Shown: in pieces, positions 13,244 to 30,704 of the stretch
How positions within the stretch are numbered: position 1 is the first letter of the stretch
Layout of the letters: every line of letters begins with the position of its first letter
From: Phallusia mammillata
Lineage: Eukaryota
Length of the DNA: 64,000 bases
Reading direction: 5' to 3'
Assembly (NCBI GenBank): GCA_965637545.1
Contig: OZ281494.1
Location: 12,586,001-12,650,000 of the forward strand
Program-made: the position numbers and the translations under genes
The notes under the pieces: generated by a model
The model's database searches: none
The model's input: the letters and a program-made list of their open reading frames with translations, nothing else
What the model was told of the DNA's origin: nothing

Positions 13244-13456
13244 GTTTAGAGCAATAGCCATACTGTTAATTTACACACTGCAACGTCGATACAACTTTAT
13301 CATAAAATGTTGTTTTAAACCCAAAACGTAATCATCATCAAGAACCTGTATCTAAATTATCAGTGTCGGGTTACGACGCATTTTATAGTCAGTAATAGTG
13401 CACCAATCAACTTCAATTGAAAAACTGGTTCAAGAGACAGAATCTACAGAGCCAAC

Positions 13457-13785
13457 CATAGGCGCCGAGTGGGCGGTGGCGGGGTGGCGCCGCTACCTTG
13501 GGTTTGCAAAGCACGGTGGCGGCCACCGTGGATATTTTGATTTGTTTGTCGCGGTATAGTAGGAAACATCGTAAAATCTGAAGAAATTTATATATGTATA
13601 TATGTAAACAAATTTCTTTACATCAGTAATTTTAAAACAAAAATAAGCAGGTAAATAGCAGCCGTTGGTGAAATGAGAATCTGCGATGCGGCAGTCGTAT
13701 AAAAAAGGTTGTGCACCCCTCATGTAATAGTTTGAATTTCAAGCAATTAAATACTAGCAGTTGGTCATGTGACTCGGAGCCGATA
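13457..13785 (+). mobile_element. MITE, CATAGGCGCCGAGT family (chimeric copy)
   Basis: First about 133 bp nearly identical to 48520-48652; degenerate right TIR ACTCGGAGCCGATA at 13772-13785; no TSD found. Confidence 0.7.
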
Positions 13786-14369
13786 GGCGCGTGCAAAATA
13801 CTATTATCAACCAATAATATGGACTAAACTTTGGTAAGAACCTATGCAAGTGCATCCTAAAACGTTAAACCGGGTAAGACTTTAGATCACTCGCGTAAAA
13901 TCCCCTCGCGGTGTTTCGTTCACCTGATTGTTTTAACTTTGAAAGAAACCAATACGTGACCTATTGGTCGTGTTTCTGTCAAATCGTGCACTAGTTTATA
14001 AAGCAGTAGTGCAACTATATACCTTACATACGGCGCACACATTTTTCAGCAGAAACATTGCTTTACTCACGAAGTAAAGCTGTATTATCATTACATTATA
14101 ATGTGTAATAGACTATGTTTTCCATAACTTCCGGCACTTATCCCACGTAATGAACGCCCTCTGTTTTGCAAAACAGTGGGGTTCATTCAGCAACTTTTTG
14201 CAGCACAACCTGTCAAAAACATAATACGCAGTACATAACTTAACAAGCTGTCGTTATTGTATACAATTTCTTGTTTAACTTGTAAGTCCTGAAACTTCAA
14301 ACCTAAGCCAATTAATTTATGTTCTATTTATATATATATATATTTCAGTAATGTTCTGTTGGTTTAGCT

Positions 14370-14742
14370 CAGGGGTGCCCAACCTTTTTTGACTCAAGAT
14401 CGACTTTTGAGGTAGTCCAACCCTCGAGATCTACCATTCCAATGCAAATTAGAAAAGACATAGCGAGTACCAGAACAAGTAACAATTACTACTGCAACTA
14501 TTACTTTTGTAACGTAACAAAGAGCCTACTTATGAACTTATTAACATATCCTTATGATTAATTCACACAATAAAGTCATCTATGTACAGCAACGCGTTAC
14601 AAAGCAACTATTTAAAAAAAAATCTGCAACCCTCGCGATCGACTTGAGATCAGTCCGAGATCGACCAGTCGATCGCGATCGACGGGTTGGGCACACTGAT
14701 CTCTATAAACCCTTTATAGAGATCAGTGGTTGGGCACCCCTG
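14370..14742 (+). mobile_element. hAT-type MITE (CAGGGGTGCCCAACC) with duplicated right end
   Basis: TIRs CAGGGGTGCCCAACC / GGTTGGGCACCCCTG, TSD GTTTAGCT / GTTTTGCT (7/8), GATCGA subterminal repeats. Confidence 0.9.
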
Positions 14743-14958
14743 GTTTTGCTGATTCATTTTTCTTACAACTTCGCAGTGCTCATCCGATTAAACTGTTTTT
14801 CCCAAGTCTGGTGAAAGTTGCACGTTTTCTACTTTTTCGCGTTTTGAGAAAAAACATACGCTGTTTTGTATCAACTTTGGTAAAGCTGAAATTCGCCCAT
14901 AATTTCTGACACAACATTTTATTGAAAATTCGTCCTTCCGAGGTGTAAGCAAAGAAGA

Positions 14959-17900
14959 ATGGCTGCGGTAAGTAAAAAGACTAACCTAAACCTATTCTGG
15001 CATTCAGCCAGTCTGCAGAACATGGCAGTTCCCGACAAGATTTAAGACGTTTATAAGTTCGCGTGCAAGGCCAACTTTAGCGGACGCAAAACAAGCAGGT
15101 CAAGGCAGGACAATTAAATGCCTTTGATGCAAAATTTTCATGTGCAACCTAAAAAAACTTGGCGTGCAATTTTTTTCACAAACAGACGTGCGTGCAGCTG
15201 TCATCTGCAGACTAGTCATTCAGAACGTTTTTTCTGTGGCAAGGTAGTTAGCCTCTGCGAATTTCAGTTACTTAAAAATTTGTATTGTCAAAAATTGTAT
15301 GATCAACTCCATCAAAAAACTTTTTTTCTTGATTATTTCTAAACTCTACATCTTTTCCTTATCAAACTGGCATTTACTCCAGTCCAGACCAGTGCTTGTC
15401 AACCTTTTTTGAAATGGTACACCCTTTTAACATTTACTCACACATTGTACACCCTCCAAAACTGTAACTTGAGATTACTTTTTAATGCAATTTAAAGAAT
15501 CATGACTAACAGGAGAAATATTATAGTATGACGTCACAAATATAATAGTAATAAAAGTATGACATCACAAATGTAATAATAATCCGCAAGCTGCGTACAA
15601 TTGACACAGGTGTACCATGTATTGTACACTCCGCTCTAAAACACAAACCTGCCTGGTATGATACTTGGTCGTAGGTGTTTTGTATATGGTACACCCCAGT
15701 ACACCCCATCAAAGTTGTACACCCTTTAAAAATTATTGTACACCCTGGGGTGTACGATACACCCGGTTGAAAAGCACTGCTCCAGACCATAAAAATTTAT
15801 AAACGAGCTCTTGTGGTTGTTGTTTTTTCAATTATTTTTGATCACTTGATTTGTTTTTTAGAAATTGAGTTTGAGTGTTGATTTTCTCTTCCGAGATTTT
15901 GAACCTGTTTTTTTTCTTTTCTATGTCAGGTTGAAACTGTCGAAGTACATGATCCACATTACGAACCAATTATTTCACTACCTGAACAAGTTACACCAAC
16001 GTTGGAAGAAGATGAAGATATTTTATTCAAAATGTGAGTTTCTTGCCGTCCTAAAACCATCCAAAAAGTTGGCTAAAAGACATCTTTTTGGCTGGTCAAA
16101 TATAACTTCTTAAAAATCATGGCCACTCAAAACAGCAACAAACCTATTATAGTCCCAATTAAATGCTCAGTATAGATTTAGTATAGATCTACATATTTTG
16201 TCTGTCTTTTGACAGGGCTTTAGCCTCCAAAAATTAATACCTCTCTTATTAAATCTGTCAATGGGCTGTAGTTTTACACATTTCTTGTTAAATTATTTTG
16301 TGTACATGTTACGCAATCTTTTCTGAGAGGACTTACTTGTGTTTTGCAGGCGAGCAAAGTTATTTCGATGGGCCCGAGAGTCAGACCCTCCAGAATGGAA
16401 GGAAAGGGGAACTGGAGATGTGAAGTTACTCAAGCATCGCGAAAATTCGAAAATACGACTTGTTATGAGACGTGACAAAACTTATAAAACCTGTGCAAAC
16501 CATTACTGTAAGAAATGTTTTATGTCTGCTTGTATGGATGTATTATTTATATCAGGGGTGTCAAACGAAGCCCTCCAATGCGGCCCACGAACACTCAACG
16601 ACAAATGTAGTATTTTGTCAGATTTTTATCTAATTATAATGAAGTTTTCTTACTTTTCAAAGTGAAAGCTATTATTTAAACAGACATTTAGAGAAATTTA
16701 ATTTATAAATAATAATTCATATGTTATGAATAGAAACAATAGTAATTAAACCGTTCCTCAAACCGTACGGCCACATGCGGCCGCAGAAACGAGTTTATGC
16801 CGCCGAAACATATGTTCATTAAAAAAATGTACTAGCGGCCGTGATGGAATTAAAATCCTTGGCAAAACTTTTGATTTTCAAACTGCTCTAAAGAGATTTT
16901 GTGTTACTGAAAAGAGTATTACTAGCCTAGCAGCAATATGCGTCAGACTTTTTGTAGGCCTATTGTGTGCGAGCAATGCGAAAAAGCAGGCACCAATAGC
17001 GTCACAATATAGATTATGACGTAATAAACAGTTAAAACTGATCTTCATGCTGTGCAGCTCAATCTGTGCATTAAGTTGGAAATTAATCTGGGCTTTTGGG
17101 GCGTCAATAGATGGTATATATATGATATAAACCTATTTCTTTACTTCTGTAATTTTAAACCAAAAACCAGCAGGTAATTGGCGCCTGTTGGTGAAATAAG
17201 GATCTGCAATGCGACCGTCGTTGCGAAAAGGTTGTTTGAGTGTATAAAACTTGATTAAAAATCACATGCGGCCCTCGGCATAATTTTCAAACTGCAATGT
17301 GGCCCTCGGACCCCACGAGTTTGACACCCCTGATTTATATGACTTGCATAGGTGTAGTAAAATGTTGTGTTGTGTTTGCTTACATCAAAAACTATTGTTT
17401 AAATATCTTTCATTTTGTTTATAGACAGTCATTTGAGTTTTCTAATTTATAAGCTTTTAATCATGTCTCCATTCTGGCTATGTTCTGCAAAAATGAGTTA
17501 ATATTAGTGATGGGACGATACCAGGTTTTGAAGCGAGTACCGATACCGAGTACGAGTATCACATGTATATACCTTCGATACCGAGTACGATTACCGAGTA
17601 CTTAAGTGTAGTCTTGTACTTAGTTGTATATCAATGGCTAATTTATCTGCCATGGTCGGGGTACAGGCGTGCACACACGCCGAAAAATGTAATCACCACG
17701 TGATAGCAAAAAAAATATACGTAACCTGGCGGAACTTTTCCCCGATTTTGTGCTGTCCGAAGCAAATATTGGCATAAAGTTGCCCGTATTCTTACGGTGT
17801 AAATCGGCCTTCGGTACTCGCACGTTGGTATCGAAAACTGAGACAAAATATTTCGATACCGAGTACGAGCATCGATACCACTGAAATCGTTCGATACCAT

Positions 17901-18965
17901 CGATACCAAGTACCGAGTACCCGTCCCATCACTAGTTAATATATATATAACCGTAATGTATTATGTTTAAAAGTACAAATTTTGAAATGTGTGATGCAAA
18001 GCCAAGGGTATCAGGGGCATATGTGAGATGACATTTCAAGTTTATATTATACCAGGTACATGTGTATCGGCTACATAAAAAGCTACATTTTTCAAACATT
18101 ATTGTTTGTAATCAAACCCTGTACAAATTTAATTTAGTGGATACAAGCATGGAATTGGTACCAAATTGCGGGAGTGAACGAGCGTGGGTGTGGACAACAT
18201 TTGCAGATTTTGCTGAAGGTGAAGCAAGGGAGGAATTGCTAGCAATACGATTTCTTAATTCTACTAGTAAGTGATAGAGTTTACTTCTCATTTCTGGTTT
18301 ACTTTTTTGTTCATTTTAAACCTATAGTTATTGCTGAAGCAACAGTGCTTCATGATCAAAGATCCTGTAATAAACACTAAAATTTACTCCAACGTGTAGC
18401 GTCACTTTTATAGTTGATAAAGTTTCAAGTGTTTTGTGTTCAGATGCCAATGAATTTAAGGAGAAGTTTTGTGAATGCCAACAGATGTTGAAGGACCAAA
18501 AAGCAAAAGAATCAGGTTAATTAAAGGATCAGTTAAATTTTGTTTGTACATGAAGTAGTTAGTGTCACTTGTGTAATATCCACAGTGGTTTACATAGCAT
18601 AGATTTCTAGCTGCTATTTTTGTTACGTTTGAAAAAGTAGGCTTGTTCCGTCTTGTTTTCAGTAGTAATATGTTTAATTCTTAACACCTGAAACAAATTG
18701 TCTTTATACCTTGACTTCTTACTGTTTAGAAATAAAAACTCCTACTAACAATGAAGAAAAGTCGTCCAAAGAATCGGAGGAATCATCTTCAACTGAAAAA
18801 AATAATGATGATGCAGAAAAAACTGTTGAGATAACAAAAAAGCTTGAAAACTTAAATGTTGAGTCATCGGAACCTGACCAAGCAACGACTTCTGAGGAAA
18901 GCAAAAATACTGGGGATGCTAAAGAACAAACAAAATCCAATGTAGAAGATTCACCTGAAAAATAG
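14959..18965 (+). CDS. RANBP1: Ran-binding protein 1
   Basis: Exons 14959-14967 (MAA), about 15930-16033 ([20 protein letters not shown]...[10 protein letters not shown]), 16351-16507 (RAKLFRW...[14 protein letters not shown]...[18 protein letters not shown]), about 18138-18268 ([10 protein letters not shown]...[17 protein letters not shown]), 18444-18515, 18731-18965 (acidic tail). Classic RanBD motifs. Confidence 0.95.
15390..15779 (+). mobile_element. hAT-type MITE (CAGTGCTT..CAACC) in RANBP1 intron 1
   Basis: TIRs CAGTGCTTGTCAACC / GGTTGAAAAGCACTG, TSD GTCCAGAC / CTCCAGAC, GTACACC subterminal repeats. Confidence 0.9.
16553..17332 (+). mobile_element. Non-autonomous hAT element (CAGGGGTGTCAAAC), 780 bp, RANBP1 intron
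   Basis: TIRs CAGGGGTGTCAAAC / GTTTGACACCCCTG, perfect TSD ATTTATAT, GCGGCCC subterminal motifs. Confidence 0.95.
17505..17934 (+). mobile_element. hAT-type MITE (TAGTGATGGGAC), RANBP1 intron
   Basis: TIRs TAGTGATGGGAC / GTCCCATCACTA, perfect TSD GTTAATAT, GATACCGAGTAC subterminal repeats. Confidence 0.95.
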
Positions 18966-19342
18966 ACTACCTTATGTTTGTATTTAGGTAATAATACCCA
19001 AACATCTATTAAACAACCTAATTTGTATTATTTTAGTCTGATCTGTAATGTATTCAAAGTTCAAAAACAAAACCCAATACTTCCCAGTACAAAGAGCCAC
19101 CCATTTTTTTCAGTATATCCCATCTGCAGAATTTTTATGTTAGTGTTTTTAATGCCCAGTCTCCTGCCTTTCAAGTTTTAACTATTCCCCACGAGATTTC
19201 ATTGTGTGATTTTGTTCATCAACTTTCAAGCGACCAAACCTCACTTTCGTGAAGTGTTAATCCACAATAAAGTACAAAATACCTTTCACTGCAATGCATT
19301 TGCTGGTGAGTTTTTGAAATATTTCGAGTTTAATGCTTGATG

Positions 19343-19524
19343 CAGGGATTCATATCCAGGAGTGCATGCACCCCCAAGGAGTACGAGAATTGTTCCTAGG
19401 GGGTGCGGGGATGCTGAATCATAAGGTTGGTTAGGCCTATTCTATATAAATACAAAAACCCAAGGGGGTGCGAAATTGGTTGGTTTGAAAGGGGTGCAGC
19501 AAGGAAAAAGGTTAAGAAACAATG
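19343..19524 (+). mobile_element. Degenerate hAT/Charlie-like MITE downstream of RANBP1
   Basis: CAGGGATTC... start, GGGGTGC motifs, AAAAGGTTAAGAAACAATG end; flanks CTTGATG / CTTAATG. Confidence 0.6.
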
Positions 19525-20304
19525 CTTAATGGATTTGCTGCTCAGTTCAGCAAAATGTCAACTCTAAAATAATTACAACTACTGCTTTTAGGATGGATGC
19601 ATGAAGCAAACAATTCTGGTTGTGTACCATGTTGTCCAATTGCCATTTTCAGGAAGTTAACTGCTAGCGTATTGACATCAAACAAACTATTACAAAACCT
19701 CTTTATAATAAACAAGTTTGCAAAACAGTTTATTATTTGTATTATCTACTTCAGGGACACAAAAATTTGTACACTATTAACAAGAAAAAAGTTTCTGACA
19801 GTAAATTTTTGGCACAAAATCACAACAATTGTAGGTTGATTCACACAAATATGAATATGCATAATAGAATAAATTCAAAAAACAGGAATGTTAAAATTGC
19901 TTTGGAGTTTAAAACACAGTTGGAATTAAATGAAGTTAGTAGATATGAGGTATTGTAAAATGTATTTGACATGCACCATTAAGTTCAATCTAAATAAAAC
20001 AGGATTGTTCAAACGCTAAAGGAAAACAATGAAGAACAACACCACAAGACTGATTTTTGTTTAAACCACCTGCGGCGATAATACAAAACACATTTGTTAC
20101 TTACATGTTTTATTTGTGGCAAATGTGTTTGTGTTAGTGCCATTGTGCCATTTAATGCAAAAAGTTTGGTGGTTTTAAAAAAAGTCTAATACTAAAAAAT
20201 AAAGAAAAAAATTGTTACTGACCTTTTAAGTGCACACAAAATTATCAACACAATCTAAAACCAAACAAAACTTGTAAAACATCGCTTGATCAGACATGCA
20301 TAGG

Positions 20305-25590
<5,286 letters not shown>

Positions 25591-26036
25591 TGCAAATGTT
25601 AGAGTCCCAACATAAAAATGTATACTGTAGTGTGTAAAGAGGTAGCTAAAATTTTAAAAATTGCTGAAAAAGAATCATTCAGCACTGATTTTCATTGATG
25701 GAAATGAACAGTATATATCATTTCAATTATTTACACATGGCATGGGCATGGTATGTTTATAGCACACCCATCGGCATCGCCACCACTAACTGCTTCGTGC
25801 TGCTTAACATGACTGAACAATACCTTATTTTTCATATCAATTGACAACGAGAACAACTATGAGTAATGTACTGTTATGCAAAAAAGGTCAACTGTCTGAC
25901 TCTGGACGAAGAAAACAACAGAAAGTTTTGATTTTGTGCTGATTCACTGTTTTTCTTGTTTCGCTTACAGAATCGTCACGCATGACCAACCACAGCGCCT
26001 TAGTCATCATGACTAGCAGGTTTTTAAACATTAGAA

Positions 26037-26249
26037 CAGTAGTTCTCAAACTGTACGTCGCGACGCCCTGGTGCGTCGTTTCAATTTTCCAAGGGCGTCG
26101 CAGAATAGTTCCGTTTCGTGGCTTTTTGTTGTTATATCAATAAACTCCACTTCAATAATAAGTCTCCTCATTAACTTTTATTTGCTGATGCGTCGCAAGC
26201 CCAGAAAACTTTTCCAAAGGCGTCAAAGAAAAAAGTTAGAGAACTACCG
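26037..26249 (+). mobile_element. hAT-type MITE (CAGTAGTTCTCAAAC)
   Basis: Imperfect TIRs, perfect TSD CATTAGAA. Confidence 0.9.
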
Positions 26250-26862
26250 CATTAGAAAATAGGGAACTTACTTTTTTCGGTGTCTGATTGGCTTCCATAT
26301 TGTAAACATTGCCGTTCGTCATTTTGGAGTGCGAATTGAGCAGAAATTGATAAGTTACAAAAAAATAAGAACTCCTTCAAATCTAAGAAAACAATTTTAC
26401 ACTAGATTGAGAGAATTTTTGCAAACAATTTGTTTGCAACAAACAAACGAAAGTAAATGTCGTTACGTATGTGTCACATTTCTTTTAGTGAATGCCAGGG
26501 AAATCTGTTTACTTGCTTTGTGCCTGTGCTAGCGATTTTACAGCGTAATCTTTTCCGTCTGTATATGTGTTTGACGGATATTAGTGTGTAAAGTTCTATG
26601 AACTGGTGTTGGTACCACATCCTACGTAAACTATGAAATACAACTCAAACTCGGCGCACACAGCCCACTGAAACATACAGTTTCAGCCGCAACTCCATGT
26701 TGTTGTGCGCTCATTATGCTATATAGCTTGGTGGTGCGTTTAAACAACCGATAACGATGTATCGACATTAAACAAATGCAATAAAAACCCAACAGTGTTC
26801 AACTTGTGTGTCTCTTTTTCCTGTAAATTTATTTGAAAACGTGAACGCCTTATATTATAAAG

Positions 26863-27169
26863 CAGGGGTCACCAAACCACTGCCCGCGAGGTCATTTGAT
26901 CCGGCCCGCGAACACATTTTTGGTTTGCCAAATCGTATTGATAACTTTGTAACACATTCAAAAATTAATCCAGTCCTTACTGTACAATTTAACAGTCGCA
27001 TTACCAGATTTTAAATGGGATTGTAGAAAGACCATCCCATGGCCCCTTATAAAAATCGCCTCGAGGGCTTAGTTTGGAAAGAGGGCGCTGGGGCGTGCAA
27101 ACTATGCGGCCCGCGCGAATCATTATTAAACTTATCCGGCCCGCAGTGAAAAAAGTTTGGTGACCCCTG
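26863..27169 (+). mobile_element. hAT-type MITE (CAGGGGTCACCAAAC)
   Basis: TIRs CAGGGGTCACCAAAC / GTTTGGTGACCCCTG, GGCCCGC motifs, partial TSD (..TAAAG). Confidence 0.85.
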
Positions 27170-27782
27170 CATTAAAGCATAAATCGTTTGTTGGTGTCGC
27201 GTACTAGTATGCAAATATTCACACAAGTGCGACGTGCGTACCTTTTCTGAAGTCAGCGCTTAGAGATAACCAAAAAAACAGTACTTTTCTGTTCAACTGT
27301 ATTCATAGAATAATTCACCACGCCCAAAACCTGTTGCAATACCACACAAACGCATTGTTACGACAGACACTTATGACGTCATATAGCATTGCCCAACCTT
27401 GGGTTTACTGGTTGTGACAGTTGGCACCGAGTACTTTTTACTAGTTTATCGAAAAAAATTCAAAAAAAACTATCGCCACGAATTATGCCTAAGCTGATCA
27501 CTTGCTACCTCAAATTTTTAAATCGGTTTATGTTTTATAGTTTATACAATGCTGCTATGATAAAAAAAAGTCGACGTTTAACCGTTAATCTTTGTTTGTA
27601 TGTATATAGGCCAGACGTTTCAGGCTGTATGTAGCTTATACGTTCCAAAAACTCAATTTTCCTGAGATTTAACTGATAAAGTGAATGCATGCTAAACATA
27701 CAACAAAACAATTGTTTTGTAACAATCCATTTCCTTGTAACCCGATCTTATTTTAAACTACGCTATTTTTTTCTGCTGCGTC

Positions 27783-28100
27783 ATGTTTTGTCAATCTAGA
27801 AACATTTCTGCTGAACAACGACGAGATGCACAAAGTTCCCTAACATCAATGATTAACTGCTGTAAAACGGCACAAATAACAATCGTCGTTGAACAATTGA
27901 AAGGGAATGGCAAACATGAACCGTTTACTTTTTCATGCAGGCCGTGCTTGAGAAAAGGAAATAAGTACTGCGTATCTGCCACGAATTTCTCGCTTGAGAC
28001 GTTAAAGTTTAAACATTTGCACAAAAGAATAAGGAAAAGGAAAATGCGTATGTTTAACACAAACTGTGGATACAAATGCAAACATCACTTTTTGAACTAA
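27783..28100 (+). CDS. Hypothetical Cys-rich basic protein or terminal exon, unknown family
   Basis: 105-codon ORF with 8 Cys (7 after an RR site) and a possible acceptor ATCTAG at about 27800; no confident upstream exon. Confidence 0.3.
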   Translation: MFCQSRNISAEQRRDAQSSLTSMINCCKTAQITIVVEQLKGNGKHEPFTFSCRPCLRKGNKYCVSATNFSLETLKFKHLHKRIRKRKMRMFNTNCGYKCKHHFLN

Positions 28101-28663
28101 AATGATTAGGTATTTGTTACGAAAAATTATTTGACGAAGCTAAACACACAACTTTGTTTCTCCACTGAGGTTACCTTACCAATCTAGCAAATGTTGTAAA
28201 TGTCTTAAAAGTCTCGCAAAGTTAAAAAAGCATGAAACAAAGGCTATAAAAGCTTGATTTTTACAGTTTTACAAATTCCGAAGGCACCAACACTTTTAGG
28301 CCTACATACAAAACTTTTTAAAGCATCAGAGAATCAACTGTATAAAACCTGTCCTGAAAAACACAAGTATATTTCTAGCATGACTAAGTTTTATGTATCA
28401 CCAATAATCATGATTGGCCACAGCAAAGTGGATGCAGTCCGACTGCTAGTTACACATTAACTAATTTCGTCATAAAAATCAATTCGCAAGCATGTCCAAT
28501 ATTTAACCCCTACATATGTCTTTGGCATGGCGGCGGATAACTTATACCCATGAGCCTCACTTTTTATATAGTCCCATGCAAGCTGACTGAATCACAAATC
28601 GATTCGCAGCACACTCGTTTTGCTGGGCAAATTCACTACGTGAGCCATCTTAGTAAGTTAGGC

Positions 28664-28936
28664 CAGAGTTATAAACGGGCCTGAAACGAGCCCGAACCCG
28701 TCCCGAACCCGAATCGTTTTTGAGAAGCCCATTTAACCCCCAAAGTTCGATTGACAGGTTCATACATTGAACCCTCAGCAAAGACCAAAACAACATACAC
28801 AAAAAACAATTGGACTTGAACAGGGTCTTTCAGGGCTGTTTTGGGTCATTAGGTCAGGTCCAGCAACTGGCTACTTAGCTAGTTAAATTTATTTAAAAAA
28901 TGACTAAAGCGAAGTGTAAAGTCAGGCCCGAATCAA
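28664..28936 (+). mobile_element. MITE, CAGAGTT family, 3'-truncated
   Basis: CAGAGTTATAAACGGGCC start; interior matches 7559 and 12432 copies. Confidence 0.8.
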
Positions 28937-30477
28937 CTTAAATGGCGTGTTCTTGTAACTGTCACCAAATATTGTTGTTTTATTGTATTAAAAATAAAAT
29001 TAACAAACTAACAAAAAATTTGTTGACAAAACAACCTATAACCATTAACCCATTTTAATTTCGGAAATACCATACGATATCAAATAGAAAGAATAAAACA
29101 AAGTAAGCAATTTTAAAGCAAAGTAACAAACCTCCTGAAATGTTAAACATCTTCTTGCTAAACAGTTTGCAGCCACGTAGTGGCGAAAACATTTATTGGA
29201 TAAAAGTTCACACCACCTGCTAGCCTAGCAGGGCATGCACAATGTTAGACAAATTGTGTGTTCATTAACACCACTGCTAATATGTCCCGCTATGCTCCTG
29301 CAATTCGACATCATCAATAGTTACGTCAAATGATTTTTTTCAAAAAATTTTGCGCCAGCACTACGACAAAGGCCGTTCTGCGTTTTTTTATAAGTATTTC
29401 CTGTACGATCGCTATTATTATGACAAAATTATCTTATAAAGGTTACTAACACTATTTCTATTTACTGCATTTGACTCAAGTGTCGGGACCCTTGCGGGCG
29501 GATTAGATGTAGGCTACCCTCGTCCTCAAGGTCAAAGATTACAGTTAATGACAATCATTCGTGACACATAATACGTGTCCCATTTGCAAGGCAATTGTCA
29601 TTGGCTACTGTTAAATTTTACTGCATAATAGCGAGTAGCCTATAGCCCTAAACAGAGTTACTTAATCGTAAAAATAATATCGCGTTGTTTTATCTCCACA
29701 TTTGGTTGCTATGGGATATTTATTTTCAAATTATAAGTTTGTTTTTACGTTACACATAATTAAGTGATTGTCAACCTATTCCCGCTTTTGGCATAAGATC
29801 CTATTTTAAAACGAAGTAATCCACAATAAATTTATTTTTGTTACAACTTGTAGCGACACCAAGTGACACACAGGTACCGGATACTTCTATGGCAGGTGTC
29901 TGTTTATTGAGCCGTGTTGTTTAAACTTAAACCATGGCTACGCTTATTACAGGCGGCGTGTTCGCAATTCGCGTGGTTTTACCTATGGTATGTTTGATAT
30001 AGTAGGCATCAGATTGCGTTAAATTGCGGCAACTAAAATCCCCAATAAACAATATGTAAGGTTTTCTAAGTTTTTAATAAATTTGAAAGTTGAAACATGG
30101 AATCTAAAATAAATTTAATTTAATCAAAACTTTCGAATTTTTAAATGAACGTAAACCCGAAGTATGAAAGGCGGGTTTGCTTTAGAAGATGTAGCAATGT
30201 ACTGTGAATATTAAATATTTTGCTACAGAATTACCATTATGCAGATAAATGGATGATTTTTTTAATGAAGTTTACCTTAAAATCCATTTCAAATTTAAAA
30301 CTCTGTTTTACCATTTATGTACGAAAGCTGGTTTACTTAAAAAACAAACAAGTTATATAAGCTACTCCGGGTCACGTCTAAAACTGCGGGCCCACTTGGT
30401 CCACTTGGCCCGCTAGGCCCAGCACTTGGCACGCCCCATGCAATAGAAAAAACTGCGGGCCAACAGTTTATATATTT

Positions 30478-30650
30478 GCGAGAGACGCGACAAGCACTGG
30501 ATATAATAGGCCCGCGGTTTTTCCCTGTGAGAGACGCGACAAGCACTGGATATAGTGGGTTAGCGGTTTTTCCCTGCGAGAGGCAGACCAAGCACTAGAT
30601 ACAGTGGGCCCGCAGTTTTTATACTTGCGAGAAGCGTGCCAAGCGGGCCC
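30478..30650. repeat. About 50-bp minisatellite, about 3.5 units
   Basis: Units G(C/T)GAGAGACGCGACAAGCACTGGATA...GGCCCGCGGTTTTTCCCT at 30478, 30527, 30577 and a partial one at 30628. Confidence 0.85.
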
Positions 30651-30704
30651 CCTTAGTTTAACTTATCGTGGGGTAAATACTAAATCAGAAAATTAAAATA
30701 CTGA

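Noticed and set aside
12921-13331. 136-aa ORF between the C2 gene and RANBP1
   Set aside because: Lies on the opposite strand of a repeat that is also present at 16960-17236; no protein motif.
17505-17934. GATACCGAGTAC repeats as a possible CRISPR or satellite
   Set aside because: Subterminal repeats of a TIR element with a perfect TSD.
30478-30650. Repeat array as a possible CRISPR
   Set aside because: Head-to-tail units without unique spacers, eukaryotic context, no cas genes.
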